Origin: Candidatus Omnitrophota bacterium
GTDB lineage: Bacteria; Omnitrophota; Gorgyraeia; Zapsychrales; Fredricksoniimonadaceae
Reading direction: 5' to 3'
Assembly (NCBI GenBank): GCA_044225175.1
Contig: JBGAJA010000001.1
Coordinates: 134,994-198,993 of the forward strand
DNA: 64,000 nucleotides
In this document: in pieces, positions 28,724 to 39,400 of the stretch
Position numbering within the stretch: the first letter of the stretch is position 1
How the letters are laid out: each line of letters starts with the position of its first letter
Position numbers and translations under genes: made by a program
The notes under the pieces: generated by a model
Told to the model about the DNA's origin: nothing
Databases searched by the model: none
The model's input: only the letters and a program-made list of their open reading frames with translations

Positions 28724-28772
28724 TTGACAAGAACGTTCTTTTATATATACTCGTGAGTAAGCATTTGCTTAC
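28724..28772 (+). promoter_or_regulatory. Sigma70 promoter and palindromic TetR operator
   Basis: TTGACA-16nt-TATACT followed by GTAAGCA-TT-TGCTTAC (28757-28772). Confidence 0.7.
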
Positions 28773-28793
28773 ATTTATTTGATAGAGGACAGA

Positions 28794-29387
28794 ATGTCAA
28801 AATTAAGAACTGTTCGTCAACAAAAGATAATTGATGCGTCACGTAGAATTATTATTCTTAAGGGGATGGAAAAGTTAACCGTAAGAGAGATTGCTAAAGA
28901 GCTCGGAATCACGGACGGGGCTTTATACAGACATTTTAAGGGAAAAAAACAAATTATAAGTCTTTTAATTGATGATATTGAAGAAACTCTATTAAGTGCA
29001 ATTGATGAAGCAGCTTCAACAACAGAGAATCCTTTAAAAAAGTTGGAAAATGTATTCTGGTCTCATCTTTCTTATGTAGAAAAACGTAAAGGAGTTTCGT
29101 TTATTGTTATTAACAATATTCTGGGTATGAAAGATAAATATCTTCAAAACAAAATTTATAGCCTTATTAATCAATATTTAAAAAGAATAAAGAAAATTTT
29201 AAACGAAGGAATTAAAAAAGGTCTTTTTCGAAAGAGTCTGGATATTGAGGCAGCCAGTACAGCATTTTTTGGAATCATTCAATCTAAAGTAACGCTCTGG
29301 GGATTGAGCGATTATAAATATTCAATAGGAAATGAACATATGGCAGGGTCATTTGATTTTTTTGAGAAAGGAATTCTAGCAAAATAA
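28794..29387 (+). CDS. TetR/AcrR family transcriptional regulator
   Basis: LTVREIAKELGITDGALYRHF HTH; GAGGA SD before ATG 28794. Confidence 0.9.
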   Translation: MSKLRTVRQQKIIDASRRIIILKGMEKLTVREIAKELGITDGALYRHFKGKKQIISLLIDDIEETLLSAIDEAASTTENPLKKLENVFWSHLSYVEKRKGVSFIVINNILGMKDKYLQNKIYSLINQYLKRIKKILNEGIKKGLFRKSLDIEAASTAFFGIIQSKVTLWGLSDYKYSIGNEHMAGSFDFFEKGILAK

Positions 29388-29396
29388 TTTAATAAA

Positions 29397-29443
29397 GGGT
29401 CCATAAGGTTTGCCTTATGGAGGATTAGATGGTCGGGCCGCCA
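29397..29443 (+). ncRNA. Monovalent-cation riboswitch candidate, copy 2
   Basis: GGG-TCCATAAGG/CCTTATGGA hairpin-GG..GATGGTCGGGCCGCCA; same 47-nt length as copy 1. Confidence 0.75.
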
Positions 29444-29474
29444 TCTGGTTGAAAAACCAGGGGGTGGCCTTTTT
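29436..29474 (+). terminator. Intrinsic terminator overlapping the aptamer 3' end
   Basis: GGCCGCCATCTGGTT-GAAA-AACCAGGGGGTGGCC followed by T5. Confidence 0.75.
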
Positions 29475-29495
29475 AGTTGTAAAAGGAGAATTTTA

Positions 29496-31742
29496 ATGAA
29501 GATAACTCTACGTTTAATTTTATATTTAGTATCTATAGTTGCTTTAGTAGCTTTTGGGTTTTCATTTTGGCAGGCACGTCAGGAAGATTTCCGTCTCAGG
29601 AATGAATTAGAAAAAAGAGCTAATTTTATTGCTGATAGTTTGAGGGTTTCAGTTGAACCATTATTATCTATTGAAGGAGGAAATCAGAGTCTACAGAAGA
29701 TTGTAGATAGATTTTCTAATCGTGAAAAATTGGTTGGTATTGATATACATGACATTAGAGGAAATTTGATTGTTTCCTCTTCAGGAATTCGACCTAAGAT
29801 TGAAGCTAATTCTCAAGTTTTATCTGAAGTGATTCAAGAGATTGAACGGCTAGGCTCTGAGCGAGGTAGTTTTGTTAATCTTGGTAAAGAATCTTTATAT
29901 GCCTATGCAGTACCTTTAACCACAGCAGAGAAACCAACCCATGTTTTAACTCTCTTTTATGATGTTGATTATATTCAAGATCGAGTACAGAGACTTTTAA
30001 TTAATAGTTTTTGGAGAGCGTTGATACAGGCTTTTTTAATATCATTGACGACATTTATTATTATTTATTTTAATGTCATGGCACCTATTAGAAAAACGAC
30101 AGATTGGATTAAAAGAATCCGTAGAGGAGATAGAGTTAAGCCATTAGATGGAAAAGGGCAGCTGCTATTAGGTCCTTTGGCACAAGAAATTTCTCAAATG
30201 GCTAAGAGTTTAGAAATGGCCAGGGCTGCAGCTGAAGAAGAAGCTCGGTTAAGATATTCATCTGAGTCTCGATGGACTCCAGAGCGATTAAAAGAATTTG
30301 TTCGTTTGAAATTGGAGGATCGTCCGCTTTTTGTGGTTTCTAATCGGGAACCCTATATGCATATTAAAAATAAAGACAAAATTGAATGTATTGTTCCAGC
30401 TAGTGGGCTGGTTACTGCTTTGGAACCTATACTTAATGCCTGTGGTGGAACCTGGATTGCTCAAGGAAGTGGAAGCGGGGATCGAGAAACTGTCGATAAA
30501 AATGACAGGTTAAGAGTTCCTCCAGAAGAACCAAAATATACCTTACGGCGGGTTTGGGTGGATAAAGATTTAGAAGAAGGTTTCTATTCTGGATTTTCTA
30601 ATGAAGGTCTTTGGCCTCTATGTCATATTGCTCATACCAGGCCCATTTTTAGAGCCAAAGATTGGGAAGATTACAAAGCTGTTAACCAGAAATTTGCTCA
30701 GGCAGTTGCCCAAGAGATCGATGGAATATCAAATCCGTTTGTTTTAATTCAAGATTACCACTTTGCTCTTTTACCTGGTTTGATCAAAAAACTCAAAGCC
30801 GATGCAAAGATAGCAATATTCTGGCACATTCCCTGGCCTAATCCTGAATCATTTGGTATATGTCCCTGGCGAAAAGAGCTTCTGCAAGGAATGTTAGGGG
30901 CTGACATTATTGGCTTTCATACACAGTTTCACTGTAATAATTTTATTGAGTCTGTTGATAGATTTTTGGAGTCCCGTATTGATTATGAGCATTTTACAAT
31001 CAATCGTGAAGGACATACAACATTCATAAAACCATTCCCTATTAGTATTAATTTTGAATCAGCCAATGAAAGTGCTACTAAAGCAGAAGAGAGCAAGGCA
31101 GCGCTTTTAAAGAGCTATGGTATTCAAGCTAAATTCTTGGGGGTGGGTGTCGATCGTTTGGATTATACGAAGGGTATTTTGGAAAGATTTCGTGCGGTTG
31201 AAAGTTTGATGGAGCTTGATCAATCATACATAGGAAAATTTACTTTTGTAGAACTTGGTGCCCCTAGTCGAACTATGATTCCTAAGTATAAAGAATTTAT
31301 CGATGAAATAGTCAAAGAAGTTGAACGGATTAATACAAAATTTAAGACAAAAAATTGGCAGCCGATTCTTTTGTTGATGAAGCACCATAGTCATAAGGAT
31401 ATTTTACCTTTTTATAAAGCAGCAGATGTGTGCATGGTTACTTCTTTACACGATGGAATGAATTTAGTAGCTAAAGAGTTCATTTCTGCTCGCAGCGATG
31501 AACAGGGTGTTTTAATTCTGAGTCAGTTTACTGGTGCTGCTAGAGAATTGCAGGATGCTTTAATTGTCAATCCTTACGACGTAGGCCAGACATCACGAGC
31601 CATCAAATGTGCTTTGGAAATGCCAAAAGAAGATCAAGCAAAGCGCATGAAACAAATGAGAGAAATAGTTAAAAGTAATAATATTTATCGATGGGCAGGA
31701 GAATTAGTTGGCCAATTGACACAAGTTCGTACAGAGAGTTAG
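29496..31742 (+). CDS. otsA: Trehalose-6-phosphate synthase with N-terminal 2-TM/periplasmic/HAMP-like module
   Basis: VVSNREP, SGLVTAL, LWPLCH, QDYH, WHIPWP, GVDRLDYTKG, DGMNLVAKEF; about 270-aa sensor-like N-terminus. Confidence 0.88.
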   Translation: MKITLRLILYLVSIVALVAFGFSFWQARQEDFRLRNELEKRANFIADSLRVSVEPLLSIEGGNQSLQKIVDRFSNREKLVGIDIHDIRGNLIVSSSGIRPKIEANSQVLSEVIQEIERLGSERGSFVNLGKESLYAYAVPLTTAEKPTHVLTLFYDVDYIQDRVQRLLINSFWRALIQAFLISLTTFIIIYFNVMAPIRKTTDWIKRIRRGDRVKPLDGKGQLLLGPLAQEISQMAKSLEMARAAAEEEARLRYSSESRWTPERLKEFVRLKLEDRPLFVVSNREPYMHIKNKDKIECIVPASGLVTALEPILNACGGTWIAQGSGSGDRETVDKNDRLRVPPEEPKYTLRRVWVDKDLEEGFYSGFSNEGLWPLCHIAHTRPIFRAKDWEDYKAVNQKFAQAVAQEIDGISNPFVLIQDYHFALLPGLIKKLKADAKIAIFWHIPWPNPESFGICPWRKELLQGMLGADIIGFHTQFHCNNFIESVDRFLESRIDYEHFTINREGHTTFIKPFPISINFESANESATKAEESKAALLKSYGIQAKFLGVGVDRLDYTKGILERFRAVESLMELDQSYIGKFTFVELGAPSRTMIPKYKEFIDEIVKEVERINTKFKTKNWQPILLLMKHHSHKDILPFYKAADVCMVTSLHDGMNLVAKEFISARSDEQGVLILSQFTGAARELQDALIVNPYDVGQTSRAIKCALEMPKEDQAKRMKQMREIVKSNNIYRWAGELVGQLTQVRTES

Positions 31743-31751
31743 GAGGGTATT

Positions 31752-32846
31752 ATGACAAACTTAATTGAAAATTTAAGAATAATTCAGGGAACGGTTATTT
31801 TTAAGAATACGATACAGGATTATTGCGTTGCATTGGTCGCCTTTTTAATTTTATTTTATGGTCTATCTATCTTTAAAAGAATAATTGTTAAGCATCTAGG
31901 GAAATTGGCTTCTAAAACGAGTTCTGATTTTGATGACTTTATTGTCAGGCTGCTTTCTCAAATTGGTTGGCCTTCTTTTAGTGTTGTGTCGTTGTTTCTA
32001 GCTACCGCTTCTCTTGAAATGCCTTCAATGGTTCATTCAATGATTAAATATGTAATGGTTTTTGTTCTGACCATCCGATCCATTTTATTACTACAAGAAA
32101 TAATTCAGTATGGTGTTAATAAAACATTGCTTAGGCGTATGGGGGCTGATAATTCCTCATCCAAGGCGATGATTAATAGTGTTGTATGGGTCATCAAATG
32201 GGCAATATGGATATTAGGGGCTGTTTTCATTTTGGATAATTTGGGGGTCAATATATCTTCCTTAGTTGCTGGAATTGGAATCGGTGGTATTGCAGTTGCA
32301 ATGGCTTCTCAAGCTGTATTGGGGGATGCTTTTAGTGCACTATCCATTTATATGGATAGGCCATTTGAAATTGGTGATTTTATCATCATTGATGATTGTA
32401 TGGGTACTGTTGAGCATATTGGAGTTAAAACAACCCGTATCAGAAGTCTTTCGGGGGAACAGTTAGTTCTTTCGAATTCAGATTTAACAAAGAGCCGTGT
32501 TAAAAATTATAAACGCATGCAAACACGACGTATTGCCTTCAAGATTGGTGTTACTTATCAAACTTCTCTGGAAAAGGTCGAAAGAATTCCACAAATAATT
32601 AAGGGTTTATTAGAGAAAGCTGAAGTCAAAATAGACCGCGTGCATTTTCAGAGTTTTGGAGATTTTTCTCTTGTTTATGAGATTGTCTACTATGTTTTAA
32701 GTGCGGATTACAACGTTTATATGGATAAGCAGCAGGCTATTAATCTTGCTATTATGCAAGAGTTTGAGCGCGAGGGAATTGAATTTGCATATCCGACCCA
32801 GACTCTTTTTATAAGAAATGAAATGGCAAATAATCTATCGAGGTGA
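31752..32846 (+). CDS. mscS: Small-conductance mechanosensitive channel
   Basis: AGIGIGGIAVAMA, DRPFEIGD, GTVEHIG, IEFAYPT. Confidence 0.88.
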   Translation: MTNLIENLRIIQGTVIFKNTIQDYCVALVAFLILFYGLSIFKRIIVKHLGKLASKTSSDFDDFIVRLLSQIGWPSFSVVSLFLATASLEMPSMVHSMIKYVMVFVLTIRSILLLQEIIQYGVNKTLLRRMGADNSSSKAMINSVVWVIKWAIWILGAVFILDNLGVNISSLVAGIGIGGIAVAMASQAVLGDAFSALSIYMDRPFEIGDFIIIDDCMGTVEHIGVKTTRIRSLSGEQLVLSNSDLTKSRVKNYKRMQTRRIAFKIGVTYQTSLEKVERIPQIIKGLLEKAEVKIDRVHFQSFGDFSLVYEIVYYVLSADYNVYMDKQQAINLAIMQEFEREGIEFAYPTQTLFIRNEMANNLSR

Positions 32847-33648
32847 AAATTGGATAATGGAACATCTTTTTAAAAAATTAGATACATTAAAAAAACAATT
32901 ACATAAGAGTCAAGCTGCACTTTTTCTAGATTACGATGGCACTTTAACTCCGATTGTTGAGAGGCCTGAGTTAGCCATTCTTTCTTCTAAAACAAAGAAC
33001 CAATTAAAGAAATTAGCTAAAAACGAACGGTTTAAAGTTTTTATTATTAGTGGAAGAGCTTTAGCTGATGTAAAAAGGTTGGTTGGTGTTAGTAATATTG
33101 AATACGTAGGTAATCATGGCTTTGAAATTCAAGGGGCAGATTTAGATTTTGGGGATTTTTCTTTTTTGCGATTTAGAGAAATCTTGGAATATTTAAAATG
33201 GGAGATTACCAAAGAACTTGTCTTTTTTAAAGGAGCTTTTGTAGAGGATAAGGGTCTTGGTTTAAGTGTGCACTATCGTTTGCTTAATTTGAAGGATGAA
33301 TCAATTTTTAATACTTTTCTTAAGGTTATTACTCGTGAATTTTCTTCAAGAGGTGAAATTCGAATTACTCAAGGTAAAAAAGTATTTGAAATTCAAGCGC
33401 CATTGGATTGGGATAAAGGTAAAGCAGTCGCTTTGATTCTTAAAAATAAAGAATTAATCCATGGAAAACATAAAGTCCTTCCGATTTATATAGGGGATGA
33501 TGTTACAGATGAAGATGCTTTTTCAGTTTTGAAAAATACCGGGATTACAGTTTTTGTAGGTGAGTTGAGGCCGTCTCAGGCGCAATATTACTTAAATAAT
33601 GCTAATGAAGTTGTCGAATTCTTAAAATATATAAATGAGGTTAAATAA
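32818..33648 (+). CDS. otsB: Trehalose-6-phosphate phosphatase (start probably 32857)
   Basis: LDYDGTL, ISGR, GNHG, WDKG, GDDVTDEDAF. Confidence 0.9.
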   Translation: MKWQIIYRGENWIMEHLFKKLDTLKKQLHKSQAALFLDYDGTLTPIVERPELAILSSKTKNQLKKLAKNERFKVFIISGRALADVKRLVGVSNIEYVGNHGFEIQGADLDFGDFSFLRFREILEYLKWEITKELVFFKGAFVEDKGLGLSVHYRLLNLKDESIFNTFLKVITREFSSRGEIRITQGKKVFEIQAPLDWDKGKAVALILKNKELIHGKHKVLPIYIGDDVTDEDAFSVLKNTGITVFVGELRPSQAQYYLNNANEVVEFLKYINEVK

Positions 33649-35481
33649 ATGAAACAATTAAAGAATCTTAACTATGCCATTATTGGTAATTGCACGAGCG
33701 CTGCCTTGATTAATGATGATTGTTCGATAGATTGGCTATGTCTACCTTTTTTCGATTCTTCTTCCATATTTGCTCGAATTCTTGACGACCAAAAAGGAGG
33801 ATATTTTAAAATAGGGGCTAAAGACATTATCAGTGTTGAACAGACTTATTTGTATCATACGCCTATTTTGAAAACGGTCTTTACGACCAAGGATGGCATA
33901 TTTGAGGTGCGTGATTATATGCCTCGATTTGATACTAATGATGTTCAGATTTATTGTCCAGCTGAGATCCACCGAAGTATTTATTTAGTTCAAGGTAGTC
34001 CGAAGGTGCTTATTGAATTTAATCCGAGGCCTAATTATGGCTTAAGTGAAGCAAAATTGACGCCTTTTCCTGAGTATTTAAAAATTACATCTTTAGAAGG
34101 AGAATATAATAGTTACTATCTTTACACAAATTTCAATATGAGTGATCTTGTTGATGGTAAAGAAATTGAACTTAAAGAGTCCGCTTATTTTCTTTTGTCC
34201 TATCATGAAAAAATTGAACCAATAACCAAAGAGAGAATGTTTTTGGAGTACGAGAAAACAAAGAGTTATTGGCTGTATTGGGCTTATCGAACGGAAGTTC
34301 CTGAAAAGTACAAGGAATTGGTAATTCGCTCTATTATTACGCTCAAACTTCTCATGTTTCAGCGAACTGGAGCAGTCATTGCAGCGCCAACTACCTCTTT
34401 GCCAGAAATCATAGGGAAAGAACGTAATTGGGACTACCGTTACTGCTGGGTGAGAGATGCGTCTATGATTATTGATTTGTTTGCCCGTATGGGGCATTCC
34501 AAAACTTCTTTAAGATATATTAATTTTATTCTTAACCGAATGCGGCTTAAAGATTACAAAATATCTGTTATGTATGGAATTAATGGGGAAGAGAATTTGG
34601 AGGAAAGAACCCTTGATCATTTAAGTGGGTATGAAGGTTCCCTTCCGGTACGAATAGGTAATGCTGCTTACAATCAGAAACAAAATGATGTCTATGGGCA
34701 ATTAATTGAGACAATTTACACTTCATTTGTGGTTGATTTTAGAAATGATTTAATATTGAATGAAGAAACCTGGACAGTGGTTCGCTCATTAGCAAAGAAA
34801 GTGCAAGAAATATGGAAAGAAGCTGATTGCGGTATATGGGAACGCCGGGGGCCAATGCAACACTTTGTACATTCTAAATTAATGAGTTGGGTTGCCATGG
34901 ATCGTGCAGCTAAGATTGCTAAATTTATCGGTAAAAAACAATATGTTGCTAAGTATTTATCAGTAGCTAATGAAATCAAGGAAGATATTCTTAAGAACGG
35001 ATGGGATGAAGAGTTAAAAAGTTTTGTGATGTATTATGGGTCTAAAGAATTGGATGCATCTAATCTTTTGATGCTTCATTATGGTTTTTTAGATAAGAGT
35101 GATCCGCGTATCATCAATACAGTGCTTAATACGTATAAAGAACTAGCTAAAGATGGTCTTATCTTACGTTATAAAGCTGCTGATGAATTTGGGGTCCCTC
35201 AAAATGCATTTATTGTATGCACCTTCTGGATGATTAATTCTTTGTATCTTATTGGAAAAGAAAAGGAAGCTCGCATAATGCTTGAGAAAATTGTATCTCA
35301 TGCCAACAGAGTTGGGCTTTTTTCTGAAGATATCGAAACAGATACTGGGCGTTTAACTGGCAATTTTCCCCAAGGGTACTCACACCTAGCTTTTATCCAA
35401 ACAGTCTTTTTGTTAGAAACACAGTATGATTGGAGTGATGCAGTTAAATCTGGGCGTTCTTTATTTAAAGCTCCTGATTAA
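33649..35481 (+). CDS. Glycoside hydrolase family 15 (trehalase-like)
   Basis: AAPTTSLPE, RNWDYRYCWVRD, GIWE, GNFPQGYSH. Confidence 0.88.
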   Translation: MKQLKNLNYAIIGNCTSAALINDDCSIDWLCLPFFDSSSIFARILDDQKGGYFKIGAKDIISVEQTYLYHTPILKTVFTTKDGIFEVRDYMPRFDTNDVQIYCPAEIHRSIYLVQGSPKVLIEFNPRPNYGLSEAKLTPFPEYLKITSLEGEYNSYYLYTNFNMSDLVDGKEIELKESAYFLLSYHEKIEPITKERMFLEYEKTKSYWLYWAYRTEVPEKYKELVIRSIITLKLLMFQRTGAVIAAPTTSLPEIIGKERNWDYRYCWVRDASMIIDLFARMGHSKTSLRYINFILNRMRLKDYKISVMYGINGEENLEERTLDHLSGYEGSLPVRIGNAAYNQKQNDVYGQLIETIYTSFVVDFRNDLILNEETWTVVRSLAKKVQEIWKEADCGIWERRGPMQHFVHSKLMSWVAMDRAAKIAKFIGKKQYVAKYLSVANEIKEDILKNGWDEELKSFVMYYGSKELDASNLLMLHYGFLDKSDPRIINTVLNTYKELAKDGLILRYKAADEFGVPQNAFIVCTFWMINSLYLIGKEKEARIMLEKIVSHANRVGLFSEDIETDTGRLTGNFPQGYSHLAFIQTVFLLETQYDWSDAVKSGRSLFKAPD

Positions 35482-35519
35482 TTCGGATGACGAAATAAAG
35501 TGAGAATTTTTTTGAATAA

Positions 35520-35774
35520 GTGCTCTCTAACCAAAACGAAAGTAACACAAAATTGCTCCAATTAAAGCTATTGCCTATTAAATTAAGAATTATTGTAACA
35601 ATTTTTTATATAACCTTCTTGGGGCAAGGATGTTGCATTATTGAACGTAATAAGCAAAAGGATTTAACTAAGCTTAGCCTAGAGGATCTAATGAATATTG
35701 AAGTCAGTTCAACCCAAGAACTAAAATTGAATAATCGTCCTCTGAAGCTTCCATTAATCTATCCAAGAATTTAA
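35520..35774 (+). pseudogene. Remnant of a TonB-dependent receptor 5' end
   Basis: DLTKLSLEDLMNIEVSS resembles TBDR N-termini; ORF ends shortly after. Confidence 0.5.
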
Positions 35775-35931
35775 CAAATTGATTTTGTAAGAATGAAAAG
35801 AATGGTTAATGAGAAGAAACAGTAAGAGAAAATATCGGAAATATTTTATTAATACATTCTGATGTCGGTATTATTATTAAATAATTTGATCGGTGTATAT
35901 TGCAGTTGCTTAATTAGATTTCTAAAAGGAG

Positions 35932-36086
35932 TTAATCGTTTAATAAATCGCCAGGTTTGATTTTGAGGGCTTTGGCGATCACATCTAGGTTTTGGACGCC
36001 TATATTCTTCTCACCACGTTCAATTTGACCAATATAAGCACGATGTAAATCAGCTTCATGGGCTATTAGTTCTTTCTTGAGATATC
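35932..36086 (-). pseudogene. 5'-truncated, frameshifted XRE-family HTH regulator
   Basis: AHEADLHRAYIGQIERGEKNI recognition helix; ISQE lies in another frame; N-terminus replaced by the 177-bp repeat. Confidence 0.7.
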
Positions 36087-36260
36087 TATGAAATCCTTCT
36101 TTACAGCCCATAATAATTCCGGTATAAAATCCTCTCTTTACCGTTCTTTTCAAGTTATAATTTTTGCTTCAGCCAAAGGCTGATCCGCCTTGGGCGGAGG
36201 CTTTACAGTTAAATAAATTTACGCTGGCTTAGCTCAGTTGGTAGAGCAGCTGATTTGTAA
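36084..36260 (+). repeat. 177-bp direct repeat, copy 1 (tRNA promoter region + 5' half of tRNA-Thr)
   Basis: 174/177 identical to 42008-42184 by manual alignment. Confidence 0.95.
36223..36260 (+). pseudogene. 5' fragment of tRNA-Thr(TGT) ending at the anticodon loop
   Basis: GCTGGCTTAGCTCAGTTGGTAGAGCAGCTGATTTGTAA then unrelated sequence. Confidence 0.9.
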
Positions 36261-36483
36261 ACCCTAACAGCAAAATCTTCTAACCCGCTCCAATTCTTGT
36301 AATTACGTCTACTACCAATAAGTTGCGACAAAATCCAAAACACACCAATTGCTACAATTTAGTTTATTTTGCCTTTCCGTTTAGCACGTTTTAAGCACAA
36401 AGTGAGGTGAGTAAGCGTTTTCTCATATTGCCATTCCAGCCCTTGTTTTTACTTATCTATAGTCTAAACTTTATAGTAAGACT

Positions 36484-39400
36484 ATGAGATACCCCATATC
36501 ATCTAAATATTGGCAAAAGGCCATTAGTTTATTCGTCATTGTTACGTTTATTTTGACTGGTTTTAATATTCCTTTGGCTCAAGCTCAAGAATTTCATTTA
36601 CCAAAGCCTGGGGTAATGGTTCATTTAAGTCCTGAATTTAATCCGCCGATTTTAAAAGGTATTAAAGTCCATGCCGATAATCCTTTCAGATTTGAATTCA
36701 TTTTGGACAAAGGGGATAGCAATAAAAATAACGATCAGCTAAAAGAGGAATCTTCTAAGCTGATTAAATATTTTTTAGCTTCTTTAACCATCCCTGAGAA
36801 AGACCTTTGGGTCAATTTAAGCCCTTATGAAAAAGATCGTATTATTCCTAATAGTTTTGGTTTAACCGAAATGGGTCGTGATTTGTTGGCGCAAGATTAT
36901 ATGCTCAAACAGATAACAGCTTCTTTGATCTACCCTGAAGATGAAATAGGAAAGAAATTTTGGAAACGCATATACGAAGAATCTTCTAAGAAATATGGAA
37001 CAACTAATATTCCAGTGAACACATTTAATAAGGTTTGGATTGTTCCTGAGAAAGCTGTTGTGTATGAGAACGCTAAGGCGGGGACAGCATATGTGGTGGA
37101 ATCTAGGCTCAAGGTTATGTTAGAGCAAGATTACCTTTCATTACAAAAGCATGAAGGCGAAACACAATCTCAGGTCAAGGAAACTAATCAATTAGGTAGT
37201 CAAGTTATCCGTGAGATTGTTATTCCTGAACTTACCAAAGAGGTTAATGAAAATAAAAATTTTACCCAGCTTCGCCAAGTCTACAATTCTTTAATTCTTG
37301 CAACGTGGTATAAGAAGAAAATAAAAGACAGTATTCTGTCTCAAGTGTATGCCGATAAAAATAAGGTAATGGGAGTAAACATTGATAATCATAAAGAGAA
37401 AGAAAAGATTTATCAGCAATACTTACAAGCTTTCAAGAAGGGTGTCTATAGCTACATTAAAGAGGAGCAAGACCATTTAACTGGGCAACCTATTCCAAGG
37501 AAATATTTTTCAGGAGGAGCAACATTTTTTGGATTAGCGGATAAGGCAATGGTAATCATGCCAGTAGGTGGAAATGTTGTTATTGATAATGCCCCTAATT
37601 CCATGTTAACTGTTTCAACTGCTCTCAATGTTATTGGAGCGGCTGAAGAAAGTAGACCATTTAAAACTCAAATACCTCAGAATCCAGAAATGGATGGTAT
37701 GTTCGAAAGAGGAAGAAGTTTAATACAAGAAAGTTTAAACCAGGAATTAGTGTATCTAAGACTTTTCCGAGGGAATAAAGTGTTAGCTATGAATGACATT
37801 GAAATTCCTTCCGCCTTAAAAGGAATGATCGGAGAAACAGGGAAGGTTGTTCAAATTTATGATAGCGATCTTCTTGCTTCTATGCGTAGAGAAGCTCCAG
37901 ATGTCATGGAAGAAGAAACAGCAAAATCGTTTTTGGTTACTTTTAACCAAAATGGAGATGTTTTTAAAATCTATTTAATCGCGCCACATAATATGGCATA
38001 TGCTTTAGATGAATTAGAGACTGAGAATCAATTAGCCAAACAAATTAAAGTTATGGTAGTAAAAATATTAAGTACTCAAGCACAGGCTAACAAGATACAA
38101 ACAAGTTTAGACCAGGTAAAGAATCAGGACTTACACACAAGGTATGGAAATATTCTTATTCCTTTTGGAGTTGAACTGAATTTAGTCCAAAGTATATTGA
38201 AACATCCTATAGCAAGGAATTTATTGTCTGGACTCCAGGGGAGGGTTTCTTTACTGAGCGCTGGTCAGGTTATTTACGTATCAGGTTCTCAGGTTGGTTA
38301 TGATGACTATGAGGAATCTTTGTTTCAAGAAAGTCAGATTGATGAGGAATTAATTGCTCATCTTACACAAATGGTAGTTATGGATCAGAAAGAAAAGCCC
38401 TTCGACTACCGATCACCGAAAGAAAAAAGAAATCATTGGCTAAGAGGACTAGCTGATTCAAATAAATTGATTACAGGAGCATTGCAAGGGCAAAGAATAA
38501 ATGGAGTATTTTATAATCCTAAACTTTATGACCAAGGAGAACAAGGTGTTTTAGGGACAATCGTTCACGAAATAGTTCATCTTTATTTGAAAGAGGCGCT
38601 AGCGCAAGTAAGGCCAATATTATTGAGAATAAAGGCGCGCCATGGAGATTTTATTGAATCTTTAAGTAATCCCAATGGTTTATTTTTTAATCTTCAATTA
38701 TCTGATGAAGATCAAAAAGATTTACGAGAGGTGGGCATTTTACCTAGAGTTGTGGGGGATGAGGCAATGGTGGCAGCTTCCGAATTTTATAGTAGAACAT
38801 TGCAGCCGACAATTGGGACCACATGGAGTGAATTAGATGAAAGTATTCAAAAAATGATTGGAAGGCATGTCGATGATCCTGATTTAATTGAAATGGTGAA
38901 AGCATCGAACAATGAAGCTAAGAACTCATTGGCCTGGATTGTACGTGTTGTTACACAAGAAGTGCTTTTTAAGGCTATTTATGAGTCTATGGCAGGAGAT
39001 TTTGATCGTGAACAATTCGAAAAACAATTATTTAAGATAGGGAAACTTCACGGAGAACATGCAGCTACTTTCTTTGCTATCTTAAATGTAATTTCTCCCT
39101 CGAAAAGACCAAAGATAGAAGATATCAGCAAAATAATGATAGAGGAATCTAATCATAATCTAGCCACGGGGCGGCATTATTATGTCGCTTTAAAAACACT
39201 TACTTTTCTTGTTACAAAAGATAATTTTAAAGAGGTCTGGGAGCAAATAGGTGAGCTTTTGGATTCTGTTTTTGAGGAAGGTACAGATTATTTTTTAAAT
39301 GTTACGCTACCGTCATTTAAGGGCTTAATAAAAACCCTGGCCGATTTAAAGAAGTTTTATACAATTTTTAGAAAAGCCATTGATGAAGATGAACTCGAGG

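Noticed and set aside
35932-36153. 73-aa minus-strand ORF as an intact regulator
   Set aside because: Its first ~23 codons are read-through into the non-coding repeat; only the 3' part is HTH-like
36407-36426. Second TetR operator (GTGAGTAAGC shared with 28753) upstream of the large protein
   Set aside because: Only a 10-nt half-site match and a weak palindrome; compatible with chance
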